Source: Alphaproteobacteria bacterium (GTDB lineage Bacteria; Pseudomonadota; Alphaproteobacteria; UBA828). Taken from it: a stretch of 64,000 nucleotides of DNA. The notes below the pieces were generated by a model. The model did not search any database and was not told the origin of the DNA. It saw nothing but the letters and a program-made list of their open reading frames with translations. A program made the translations under genes and the position numbers. The DNA lies in NCBI GenBank assembly GCA_963667785.2, contig CAXXMU010000006.1, forward strand, positions 480,001 to 544,000, read 5' to 3'. Shown here one piece after another: positions 35,159 through 43,570 of this stretch; positions within the stretch are counted from its first letter, which is position 1; the number at the start of each line of letters is the position of its first letter.

Positions 35159-35698
35159 GTGACCGCGCCCGACCTCCTCGTCCGCAAGGGCGCGTCCTTC
35201 TCGCCGTGCCGGCGCTGGCGCTACAAGCTCTGGCGCATCTGGTCGGATGATGCCCGGCTGCTCGTCGTGGTCGGGCTCAATCCCTCCACGGCGGACGAGA
35301 CCGTCGACGATCCCACCATCCGGCGCTGCATCGACTACGCGAGGCGCTGGGACTGCGGCGGCCTCCAGATGCTGAACCTGTTCGCGGTCCGGGCCACCGA
35401 CCCCAAGGCCATGCTCGCGGCCGACGATCCGGTCGGGCCGGACAACAAGGACGCCTTCGACGAGGTGCTGGGGAAGCTGCGCGGCCGGCCTGCGCCGCTC
35501 GTTCTCTGCGCCTGGGGCGCTCGCGGCTCCCACATGGACCAGGACGAGCACGCGCTCGACTGGCTCGACTGGCCGGACATCACCCCGATGTGCCTGGGCC
35601 TGACCGAGGGCGGGATGCCGCGGCACCCGCTCTATGTGAGGAAGACCGTCATGCCCAGGCCCTATCTGGGACGTGGCGCTGAGGGAGATGCGCCGTGA
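35159..35698 (+). CDS. DUF1643 family protein
   Basis: FSPCRRWRYKLWRIW, GLNPSTAD..DDPTIRRC, NLFAVRATDP and PRHPLY motifs. Confidence 0.9.
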   Translation: MTAPDLLVRKGASFSPCRRWRYKLWRIWSDDARLLVVVGLNPSTADETVDDPTIRRCIDYARRWDCGGLQMLNLFAVRATDPKAMLAADDPVGPDNKDAFDEVLGKLRGRPAPLVLCAWGARGSHMDQDEHALDWLDWPDITPMCLGLTEGGMPRHPLYVRKTVMPRPYLGRGAEGDAP

Positions 35699-36360
35699 CC
35701 GCGCCCGCCTCCGACGAGCGCAAGCGCCTGATCAAGCAGGTGCACGCCGAGGCGCGCCGCCTCGGCATCGATACCGACGAGCGCCGGGCGCTGCAGGTCC
35801 GCGCCGTCGGCAAGGAGAGCTGCGCCGACATGTCCGCCTCGGAGCTCCGCAGCGTCGTCGCCGCCATGGGCGAGGGCCGGGACCGCCTGCCGGACCACGC
35901 GTCGGCGCGGAAGCTGCAGGCGCTCTGGATCAGCGGCTACTGCCTCGGCGTGATCGAGGACCGCCGCGACAGCGCCCTCTGCGCCTGGCTGCGCCGCCAG
36001 GCCAAGGTGGACGCGGCGCAGTGGGCGAAGCCGGGCCAGCTCGCGAAGGCGGTGGACGCGATGAAGCTCTGGCTCACGCGGGAGGCCGGCGTGGACTGGT
36101 CGCCCTACGTCATCCTCGGCCGCGACGGCGTGGATCGCGAGGTGCACAACCCGCAGGCCCGCGTCCTCGAGGCGCAGTGGCGCCTGCTGCACAAGCTGGG
36201 CTGGGTGCGCAATCCCGACCTGAGCGCGCTCGCGAGCTACGCCACCCGGCACGGCCGGCTCGCGCACGCGGGCACGCATACCGAGCTCCGCGACCGCGAG
36301 GCGGTCGCGCTGATGCAGGATCTCGCCACGCAGATCCGCGAGGCGCGCGGCAATGGCTAG
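35695..36360 (+). CDS. gemA: GemA/gp16-like (DUF1018) regulator
   Basis: LIKQVHAEARRLGID...GKESCADMS...RKLQALW...AVDAMKLWLTR. Confidence 0.85.
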   Translation: MTAPASDERKRLIKQVHAEARRLGIDTDERRALQVRAVGKESCADMSASELRSVVAAMGEGRDRLPDHASARKLQALWISGYCLGVIEDRRDSALCAWLRRQAKVDAAQWAKPGQLAKAVDAMKLWLTREAGVDWSPYVILGRDGVDREVHNPQARVLEAQWRLLHKLGWVRNPDLSALASYATRHGRLAHAGTHTELRDREAVALMQDLATQIREARGNG

Positions 36361-36640
36361 GCGTCGCCGGGCGTTCCCGGAGGCGCCGTCCGTCGACCAT
36401 GGCGCGAAGGTCCGGCTCGAGTACGTCGACGGGGTCTATCGAAGCAGCGCCGCGATTACGCCGACGGCGGGATGCCACCGCTGCGGGCAGTTCTGGGAGG
36501 GTCGGCCCGCTGCCTCCGCTGCCCGGAAGCACGCGCGCGACACCGGGCATCCGACCTGGATGTCGACCGGGCGCCTGGCGATCCACCAGCCTCGCAACGC
36601 GATCGAAGCCGACGCAGATGCCGATCAGCCGGAAAGCTGA
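36353..36640 (+). CDS. small C2H2-like Zn-binding protein
   Basis: CHRCG...ARKHARDTGH. Confidence 0.6.
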   Translation: MARRRRAFPEAPSVDHGAKVRLEYVDGVYRSSAAITPTAGCHRCGQFWEGRPAASAARKHARDTGHPTWMSTGRLAIHQPRNAIEADADADQPES

Positions 36641-36887
36641 GCGCCCGCCGTGTCCGTGCTGCGGCGCCACCGTCAAGCCGCACCAGCGCGCCTGCGTCGT
36701 GCATGGAGAGCGGTACTGCCGGCGCTGCGAGGGCGAGTGCGGCGCAGGCCTCGATTCCATGGAGGCCTGCCGCGCCCCGTGCCATGCGCCGGAGGCGCAG
36801 CAGCCGGCCGGATCGGGCGCGGCGCCGGAGAGATCGCGCTCGGACCGCCCTCGCCAGGGGTCGGATCGACGCCGTGGCCATGCGTGA
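36618..36887 (+). CDS. small Cys-rich protein
   Basis: MPISRKAERPPCPCCG...YCRRCEGEC. Confidence 0.5.
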   Translation: MPISRKAERPPCPCCGATVKPHQRACVVHGERYCRRCEGECGAGLDSMEACRAPCHAPEAQQPAGSGAAPERSRSDRPRQGSDRRRGHA

Positions 36888-36914
36888 CGATCATAGCCGG
36901 GGGGGGGGGGGGAG

Positions 36915-37175
36915 ATGAAATTCCAGGAGATCGCATGCGCAGCGCTGCCGGACGACGTCTTCCGCCACGTCGATTCGGCCATCTCCCAGCGCTGGAAGGG
37001 CGCGCGCCTCTACATGCCGTCCAAGAGGCGCCGTTGCGCGGCGGAGGCGCAGCCCCGGAACGCGGCAGAACAATTCGCACGCCACGTCCGCGTCGCCGTC
37101 GAAGAGGCCGGCGGGACCTCCGGCCAGGCGGACGAGATTCTGACCGCGCTCTCGGGTGGCCACTTCTGGGTCTAG
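36915..37175 (+). CDS. Mor/C-related protein lacking an evident HTH
   Basis: WKGARLYMPS and LSGGHFWV resemble the Mor GGxxxYIP motif; last early gene. Confidence 0.5.
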   Translation: MKFQEIACAALPDDVFRHVDSAISQRWKGARLYMPSKRRRCAAEAQPRNAAEQFARHVRVAVEEAGGTSGQADEILTALSGGHFWV

Positions 37176-37218
37176 TTTTGGAACAAAAACCCTGCCGATC
37201 CCGGTGTAGCCTCTGCGC
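37175..37218 (+). promoter_or_regulatory. putative late promoter (tail operon), apparently leaderless
   Basis: GTTTTGGAACAAAAA-N17-TAGCCT-N6-ATG. Confidence 0.75.
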
Positions 37219-39066
37219 ATGAATGCTCAGATCGATCTTCACGGCGCGGAGGTCCTGTATCTTCCGGACCAGACGGCGCCGATCACGGTCGGCCCGAGCT
37301 CGATCGTCGGTCTTGTCGGGGCGGCCACGAACGCACAGGCGGCCGTAGCCGCGAAGCTGGCCGTCGGCCAGGGCAACGCGGGGCTGACGTTCACGGCGGC
37401 GGCGCAGGTCGCCGCGCTGATCGCCAGGCTGGAGGTCGGCGCGGGCAACGCGGGGCTGGAGTTCGCGGCGGACGCTGCCGGCGCGGCCGGCAACACCATC
37501 ACCGTCGCGCTCGCCGATCCGGGCGCGAACAGCTCTCCGCTGACCGTCGCCGTAGCGGGCCGCGACATCACCGTCTCGCTGGCGACCGGCAACGCAGGCG
37601 CCATCACCAGCACCGGCGCGGAGGTCCTGGCGGCCGTGAACGCGCACGCCGGCGCCTCGGCACTGGTCACGGCCGCGGACGCCGCAGGCTCGGACGGCAC
37701 CGGCACGGTTGCCGCCCACGCCAAGACCGCGCTCGCGGGCGGCGCCGACGCCCGCCCGCAGGGGGGTGTCGCCGGCAACGGCATCACCCTGGAGCTGTTC
37801 CGTCCGAACCTCGTCTCCCAGGCGCTCAGCGTCGCCGTCGAGGGCCGCAACATCACCGTCTCGCTGGCGACCGACGCCGACGGCGCGGTGCACACCACGG
37901 GCGCGGCGCTCGTCGCCGCGTGGGCGACCCAGGCCTACGCGGCCGCGCGCGCGCTCGTCGCGATCGCCAGCTCTCCCGGCTCCGACGGCAGCGCCACCCT
38001 CTCGCCCGTCGGCCGCACGGCGCTCGCCGGCGGCATGGACGAGCCGTTCCCGCTGAACACGCCGACCGCGATCCGGAACGCGGCCCACGCCGCGCAGCTC
38101 GGCACCGCCGGCTCGCTCCCCGAGGCGATCGCGGACGTCTGGCGCACCGCCGGGCGGGGCGGCGCCACCATCGTCGTCGTGCGCACGGCCGACGACACCG
38201 CCGCCAACATCATCGGCTCGAGGGCCGCGGGCGCCTACACCGGCGTCTACGCCCTGCTCGCCGCGGAGGCGCGCACCGGCCTCAAGCCCCGGCTGATCGC
38301 GGCGCCGGCCCTGCAGACGACTGCGGCCGCGCTCGCGCTCGAGGCGGCGGCCGACAAGCTGCGCGCGATCCCCGTCGTGGCGCTCGCCGGCGCGGACTAT
38401 TCGGCCGCCCTCGCCTCGCGGTCCTCTCTCGCCCACGCCTACTGTGTCTGGCCGAAGTTCAAGGTATTCGACGCCGCGGCCGGCACCCTCGTCGACCGCT
38501 GGGCGGCGGCGCTCACCGTCGGCCATATCGTCCGCGTCGACGGCGAGGAGTCCTACGCCGCCTCGCCGTCGAACCGGCAGCTCCAGGACGTGGCCGGCAC
38601 CTCGGTCGCGATCGACTGGCAGATCGACGGCCGGACGTCCACCGCCAACCTGCTGTCGCGGGCCTTCATCGTCACGGCGATCCGGCGCGGCAACGGGCTC
38701 TACCTGTGGGGCAACCGGCTCGCCGACGGCGAGCTGATCACGCACCGCCGGGTGCGCCACCTGATCGGCGACGCGCTGCTCTCGTTTGTCGCCGACTGGA
38801 TCGACCGCAACGTCGACGTGCCCTTCGTCGAGTTCATCCTCGACCGCATGAACAGCTTCCTGCGCGGCCGGACCCTCGCCGGGATCATCACGGGCGGGCG
38901 GGCCTGGTTCGACGCGGAGTACAACACGCCGGAGACCCTGGAGGCCAACCAGGTCACCTTCAGCTTCGACTGCGGCCTCCACGCCGTGGCCGAGCAGCTG
39001 ACGTTCCGGCAGTCGGTGTCCGGCGTCTACAACGCCCGCATCATCGAGCAGCTGACGGGGGCATAG
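37219..39066 (+). CDS. tail sheath protein (P2 FI-like) with nested insertion domains
   Basis: LHGAEV..SIVGLVGAA, EPFPLNTP, YTGVYALLAAEARTGLKPRLIAAP, ASPSNR and LWGNR motifs. Confidence 0.93.
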   Translation: MNAQIDLHGAEVLYLPDQTAPITVGPSSIVGLVGAATNAQAAVAAKLAVGQGNAGLTFTAAAQVAALIARLEVGAGNAGLEFAADAAGAAGNTITVALADPGANSSPLTVAVAGRDITVSLATGNAGAITSTGAEVLAAVNAHAGASALVTAADAAGSDGTGTVAAHAKTALAGGADARPQGGVAGNGITLELFRPNLVSQALSVAVEGRNITVSLATDADGAVHTTGAALVAAWATQAYAAARALVAIASSPGSDGSATLSPVGRTALAGGMDEPFPLNTPTAIRNAAHAAQLGTAGSLPEAIADVWRTAGRGGATIVVVRTADDTAANIIGSRAAGAYTGVYALLAAEARTGLKPRLIAAPALQTTAAALALEAAADKLRAIPVVALAGADYSAALASRSSLAHAYCVWPKFKVFDAAAGTLVDRWAAALTVGHIVRVDGEESYAASPSNRQLQDVAGTSVAIDWQIDGRTSTANLLSRAFIVTAIRRGNGLYLWGNRLADGELITHRRVRHLIGDALLSFVADWIDRNVDVPFVEFILDRMNSFLRGRTLAGIITGGRAWFDAEYNTPETLEANQVTFSFDCGLHAVAEQLTFRQSVSGVYNARIIEQLTGA

Positions 39067-39070
39067 GCCG

Positions 39071-39619
39071 ATGGCGCTCAGGAAGGTCCTCCACGGCTTC
39101 GCCGTCTACGTGGACGGCATCGAGTACATCGGGGTGGCCGAGAGCTTCACGCCGCCCGATATCGTGCTCGAGGTCGAGGAATCGAACATGCCGGGCCACG
39201 GCGGGACGATCGACATCCCCACCGGCCGACTGGAGAAGCTCGAGGCGACCTTCGTCATGGGCGATTCCTATCCGGCGCTGGAGACGCTCGTCGGCCGGCC
39301 GGACGCCGTCGACGTCCCGATCCTCTTCAACAAGGTCTCGACCGACGGCACGACGCCCCGCGTGGTCGAGTACCGGCTCGCCGGCCTCTGGACGCGCCAG
39401 AGCCTCGGCGAGGTTTCGGGCGGAGGCGGCGCGGGCGGAGGCGGAGGCGGCCGCTGCGAGTACACCGTCTCGCTCCGGACGCTGACCCACCTCATCGACG
39501 GCACCGAGCAGCGCCACATCGACCTCGAGCGGAACATCCACCGCATCGCCGGCACCGACGTCAACGCCGGCCTCAGCAGCCTGCTGCGCCGCGGGCGCGC
39601 CGGCAGGGCGGGAGCATAG
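39071..39619 (+). CDS. tail tube protein (P2 FII-like)
   Basis: LHGFAVYVDGIEYIG..ESFTPP...LEKLEATF...IDLERNIHRIAGTD. Confidence 0.9.
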   Translation: MALRKVLHGFAVYVDGIEYIGVAESFTPPDIVLEVEESNMPGHGGTIDIPTGRLEKLEATFVMGDSYPALETLVGRPDAVDVPILFNKVSTDGTTPRVVEYRLAGLWTRQSLGEVSGGGGAGGGGGGRCEYTVSLRTLTHLIDGTEQRHIDLERNIHRIAGTDVNAGLSSLLRRGRAGRAGA

Positions 39620-39623
39620 GCAC

Positions 39624-39983
39624 GTGACCGAAGACCAGATCACCGTCACGCTCACCCATCCGATCGAGATCGACGGCAAGACCGTCTCCAGCCTGACCCT
39701 GCGGCGCCCCCTGGTGAAGGACCTGATCGCGGCCGAGCGCCAGCCCGGCTACGTCGGCCAGGATGCCGCGCTCCTGGCCCAGTGCGCCGGCATCAACTTC
39801 GCCGACGTCGGCAAGATCGACGCCGGCGACTACCGTCGCATCATCGGCGAGTCCGACCTGGGTTTTTTCTCGAGCGATGCCGGGCCGCAGGAACCCTCCG
39901 GCGACCCCGCATCGACGGCGGCATCAGGCGCGCCGTCCTCATCCTCAACCGATCAACCGGCTGGGGCCTCTGCGACCTCCTAG
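39624..39983 (+). CDS. tail assembly chaperone (P2 gpE/Mu gp41-like)
   Basis: VTLTHPIEIDGKTVSSLTLRRPLVKDL...IDAGDY. Confidence 0.88.
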   Translation: MTEDQITVTLTHPIEIDGKTVSSLTLRRPLVKDLIAAERQPGYVGQDAALLAQCAGINFADVGKIDAGDYRRIIGESDLGFFSSDAGPQEPSGDPASTAASGAPSSSSTDQPAGASATS

Positions 39984-40048
39984 ACCAGACGCCCGCCGAT
40001 CTCGTCGCCTGGCTCGATGAGGCGGCGGCGCTGAACCGGCGGCGCTGA
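39860..40048 (+). other. -1 programmed frameshift site and gpE'-like extension
   Basis: Slippery G GGT TTT at 39860-39866; the -1 frame reads ...STGWGLCDLLDQTPADLVAWL and stops at the TMP start. Confidence 0.8.
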
Positions 40049-42948
40049 TGACCGATTCCACCTACCGCGTAGGCGTCTTCCTCGACCTCGCCGCCGGCCG
40101 CTTCCGCCGGGGCGCGAAGGCGGCCGCGAAGGACACCGGACGCCTCGGCGGCTTCTTCCGGAAGGCGGCCGGAGACGCCTCGCTCATGGGCCGGCGCGTC
40201 GCCGAGGGCTCCCGCGGCGCGCGGCGCGAAGTGCGCCGGACCGCCGAGGAGGCGCAGCGCCTGGGCCGCACGCTCCGGGGCACCGGGCGCGACGGCGAGC
40301 AGGCCGTCGGTCGCCTCACCCGGAAACTGAGGGGCTACCGCACCGAGATGGGCCTCACGGCCCGCGCGGCCGGGCGGCTGCGCGGCGGCGTCGGCGGTGT
40401 CGCGGGCATTCTAGGCGTCGGCGGGGGCGCTTTCGCCGTCGCCGCCGGCCTCCGGCGCATCATGACTACAGAGCAGCGCGTGGAGCGGCTCGGCATCCAG
40501 GCCGGCCGCTCCACGGAAGATATGCAGCGGCTTCGCAAGGAGGTGTACGCGACCGCCAATCTGCCCGAGATCCGGCTCGACCCGTCCCAGCTTCTCGCCG
40601 CCGTGGAGGCGATCGTCGAGAAGACCGGGGATCTCGACTTCGCGCGGGACAACCTCCTGCTGATCGCGCAGTCGATTCAGGGCTCGGGCGGCACCGGCGA
40701 CGCTCTCGGGCGCCTCTCTGCCGAGCTGCGCAAGCTGGGCATCGCCGATCCCGCCGGGGTCGCGCGGGCGCTCAACCTCCTCACCGCGCAGGGCAAGTCC
40801 GGCGCGTTCACGCTCGGCAACATGGCGGCCCAGGGCGAGCGCCTGTTCTCGGCCTTCAGCCGCCTCGGCTATCAGGGGGAGGATGCCGTCCGCCAGCTCG
40901 GTGCGATCTCCCAGATGGCCCGCCAGTCCACCGGCTCCAGCGAGCAGGCAGCTACCGCCGTGGAGGCGCTGCTGCGCACGCTCTCCGATGCGCAGAAGAT
41001 CGACGCCATATGGGCAGAGTTCGGCGTCAACGTGCGCGACCCCACCGGGGCGTTCCGCCCGCTCGACCAGATCCTGAAGGAGGTCACCGCCGCGACGGGC
41101 GGCGATCCCACGCGCCTTTCCGGGGTCTTCGACGCCGAGGCCATCCGGGCGATTTCCGCCCTAATGACGGCGAGAGGCTGGGCGGATTTCGAGCGCTTCC
41201 TCTCTTTCGACGGGCAGCAGGACGTGCTCGGGCGATTCCGGCCGGGGCCGCACATGCTGGAGCAGGATGCCGCCAGGATGGCCGTGACGACCGGCGCACA
41301 ACTCCAGGAGACCAAGACCGACGTCGAGGACTGGATGCAGGAGAACCTGACCGGCCCGCTCGGCGAGGTCGTGACGGCGCTCACCTCGTTCAAGGACGAG
41401 CTGCTGGTGGGGGCCGGCCTCCTCGCCGGCTCCTGGTATGCGTTCCGAGGTCTCCGCGCCGCCGGCGGCCTGCTCTGGCGGCTCGCCGGGCGCGGCGGAC
41501 CGGGAGGGCGCCCGCAGGGACCATGGCCCGGAGCGCCGGCGGGCGGCGTCGGCCCCACGGCGCGGCCGAGGAACGCATGGGACGGCACCGGGAGAAGCGG
41601 CCCCACGGGACGACCCAACAATGCCTGGTCAGAAGCGCGCCGCCAGCTCGCTATCGCCCGCTCGCGCGAGCAGGCGGCGCATTGGGAGGCGACGCGCTCA
41701 ATACGGGAAGCGGCGGCTCGCCGGAGTGCGGCCCTGACGCGCGAGCGCAGGGTGTCCCTCATGCGCCAGCTCAGCGGCCGAGGTCCCGGCGGCCCAAGGG
41801 GAGACCAGGTGCGGCTCAGCGGCCGAGGCCCCGGCGGCCCGAGAGGCGACCAGGTGCGCGGCAGTGGCCGGGGTCTGGGCGGTCCCAGGGGAGATCAGGT
41901 ACGGCTCAGCGGCCGAGGGCCCGGCGGCCCGAGGGGAGATCAGGTACGGCTCAGCGGCCGAGGGCCCGGCGGCCCGAGGGGAGACCAGGTCCGTCTGAGC
42001 GGACGCGGTCCCGGCGGGCCGAGGGGCGGCCCCCTGGCCGAGGCGCGGCGGCAGCTTGCGCTGGCGCGATCGCAGGCGGAGGCCGCGCGGCGCGCCCGCG
42101 AGGGGGCGGCCAGACGCACTCCGTCCCTGATGCGGCCGGAGCCGGCGAGCTCCGGCCCCGCGGCTCGGCCGAGGAACGCTCCGACGAGGGGCTCGGCCAG
42201 GTGGGGGGGCGGCCTGTTTCGCGCGCTCGCCCGCGGTCTCGGTCCGGCCAGCGCCGGCGCCATGATGGGCCTCACGGCCCACGACATCGCCACCGGCGCC
42301 ATTCCCGGCGACCGGGTCGCGCCCGAGGTGGGCGGCCTCATGGGCGGGCTCGCCGGCTCCACGGCGGCCGCAGCGTCCGTCGGCAGGCTCACGAAGTTCC
42401 TGCCGGGCCCGGTCCGCTTCGGGGGGTCGCTCCTGGCCGGCCTGGCCGGCTGGATGGGGGGCGAGAGCGCGGGCCGCGCCGCCACGGATGCGGTGTTCGA
42501 TCCGGGCTGGGTCTCGCCCGAGAGCGCGGAAGCGGCGGGCCGTTTCTATAATTGGCTCGATCGTGTGGCCGGGCGAGGGCCGGAGCCTGGGGCACCGGAG
42601 ATCGGGAACTGGCGCGGGGTCGGCCTCCGGCCGCGCAACCGGGGGCGCCTCGACGTCGGGCAGAACCGGCCGGAGGTGTGGGAGCCGGCGCTGCCGCCGC
42701 CGGAGGTGGTGGAGATCCCGTGGCCGCCCGAGCAGGAGCCCGCGACCGGGAGGAATCGGGGGCGCCTCGACATCGGGCGGGGCGACGTTACGGTCACGAT
42801 CCACATCAATGAAGTGAACTCGAACGCCGCCGATCCGCGCGAGGTGGCCGAGGAGGTCGCCGACGAGATCGAGCGCAGGATGCGCGACAGGAGCCGCACG
42901 ATTCGCGACGTGCTCTTCGCCGATCCGTCACCTGAATCGGTGAACTGA
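40048..42948 (+). CDS. tail tape measure protein
   Basis: 966 aa after the chaperone; GKSGAFTLGNMA, SSEQAATAVEALL and VFDAEA core motifs. Confidence 0.9.
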   Translation: MTDSTYRVGVFLDLAAGRFRRGAKAAAKDTGRLGGFFRKAAGDASLMGRRVAEGSRGARREVRRTAEEAQRLGRTLRGTGRDGEQAVGRLTRKLRGYRTEMGLTARAAGRLRGGVGGVAGILGVGGGAFAVAAGLRRIMTTEQRVERLGIQAGRSTEDMQRLRKEVYATANLPEIRLDPSQLLAAVEAIVEKTGDLDFARDNLLLIAQSIQGSGGTGDALGRLSAELRKLGIADPAGVARALNLLTAQGKSGAFTLGNMAAQGERLFSAFSRLGYQGEDAVRQLGAISQMARQSTGSSEQAATAVEALLRTLSDAQKIDAIWAEFGVNVRDPTGAFRPLDQILKEVTAATGGDPTRLSGVFDAEAIRAISALMTARGWADFERFLSFDGQQDVLGRFRPGPHMLEQDAARMAVTTGAQLQETKTDVEDWMQENLTGPLGEVVTALTSFKDELLVGAGLLAGSWYAFRGLRAAGGLLWRLAGRGGPGGRPQGPWPGAPAGGVGPTARPRNAWDGTGRSGPTGRPNNAWSEARRQLAIARSREQAAHWEATRSIREAAARRSAALTRERRVSLMRQLSGRGPGGPRGDQVRLSGRGPGGPRGDQVRGSGRGLGGPRGDQVRLSGRGPGGPRGDQVRLSGRGPGGPRGDQVRLSGRGPGGPRGGPLAEARRQLALARSQAEAARRAREGAARRTPSLMRPEPASSGPAARPRNAPTRGSARWGGGLFRALARGLGPASAGAMMGLTAHDIATGAIPGDRVAPEVGGLMGGLAGSTAAAASVGRLTKFLPGPVRFGGSLLAGLAGWMGGESAGRAATDAVFDPGWVSPESAEAAGRFYNWLDRVAGRGPEPGAPEIGNWRGVGLRPRNRGRLDVGQNRPEVWEPALPPPEVVEIPWPPEQEPATGRNRGRLDIGRGDVTVTIHINEVNSNAADPREVAEEVADEIERRMRDRSRTIRDVLFADPSPESVN
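41767..42030 (+). repeat. 45-bp coding tandem repeat (about 6 x QVRLSGRGPGGPRGD)
   Basis: Full units start at 41806, 41851, 41896, 41941 and 41986, after a partial first unit; differences are mostly synonymous. Confidence 0.9.
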
Positions 42949-43364
42949 TGCAGCTGCAGATCGGCACCTTCCGCTTCGAGGTGGCGCCCGGCGGTGCCGA
43001 GTACCGGGAGCTCCAGCGCCGCTCGCGGCGGCGCTGGGCGCCCCGCCAGCGACACGGCCTCCCGCCCGAGCTCGAGGATCTCGGGCGCGACGCGGGGCGG
43101 GTGGACCTGCGCGGCACCGTGTGGGTGGAGAAGGCGGCCGATATCGATGCGCTGGCGGGCCTGCGCTCCCAGGCGGGGCTCGAGCCGGGCACCGCCGCCG
43201 CGACGCTGCCCGTCTTCCTCGGCGGCAGCGCCGGCTCCAGCGGCGAGTACCTCGGCCGCTGGGCGGTGACGCGCCTGGACGAGACCGAGCGCTCGCTGCG
43301 GGAGAACGGGATTCCCATCCGCATCGAGTTCAGGGTCTCGCTCCTGGAGGAGGGCCTGGCGTGA
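42948..43364 (+). CDS. P2 gpU-like tail protein
   Basis: LQIGTFRF...YRELQRRSRRRW...LGRWAVTRLDETE...IEFRVSL. Confidence 0.88.
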   Translation: MQLQIGTFRFEVAPGGAEYRELQRRSRRRWAPRQRHGLPPELEDLGRDAGRVDLRGTVWVEKAADIDALAGLRSQAGLEPGTAAATLPVFLGGSAGSSGEYLGRWAVTRLDETERSLRENGIPIRIEFRVSLLEEGLA

Positions 43365-43570
43365 TCAGGATCGTCACCCTCGACGGCGATCTCCTCGACG
43401 CCGTGATCGCCGGCCATTACGGCGTCAAGGCTGCGGCCGACGCGCTGCAGGCGGTCCTGCTGGCCAACCCCGGCCTGGCGGCCCACGGCCCGGTGCTTCC
43501 GGGCGGCCTCGCGATCAACCTTCCCGAGCTGCCCGCAGACGACAGACCGGCGCTTCGGTTGTGGGACTGA
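43361..43570 (+). CDS. P2 gpX-like tail protein
   Basis: TLDGDLLDAVIAGHYG...ANPGLAAHGPVLPGGLAINLPE...LRLWD. Confidence 0.9.
   Translation: MIRIVTLDGDLLDAVIAGHYGVKAAADALQAVLLANPGLAAHGPVLPGGLAINLPELPADDRPALRLWD

Noticed and set aside
41767-42030. Possible CRISPR array
   Set aside because: The repeats are contiguous 45-mers with no unique spacers, lie in frame within the TMP, and no cas genes are present.
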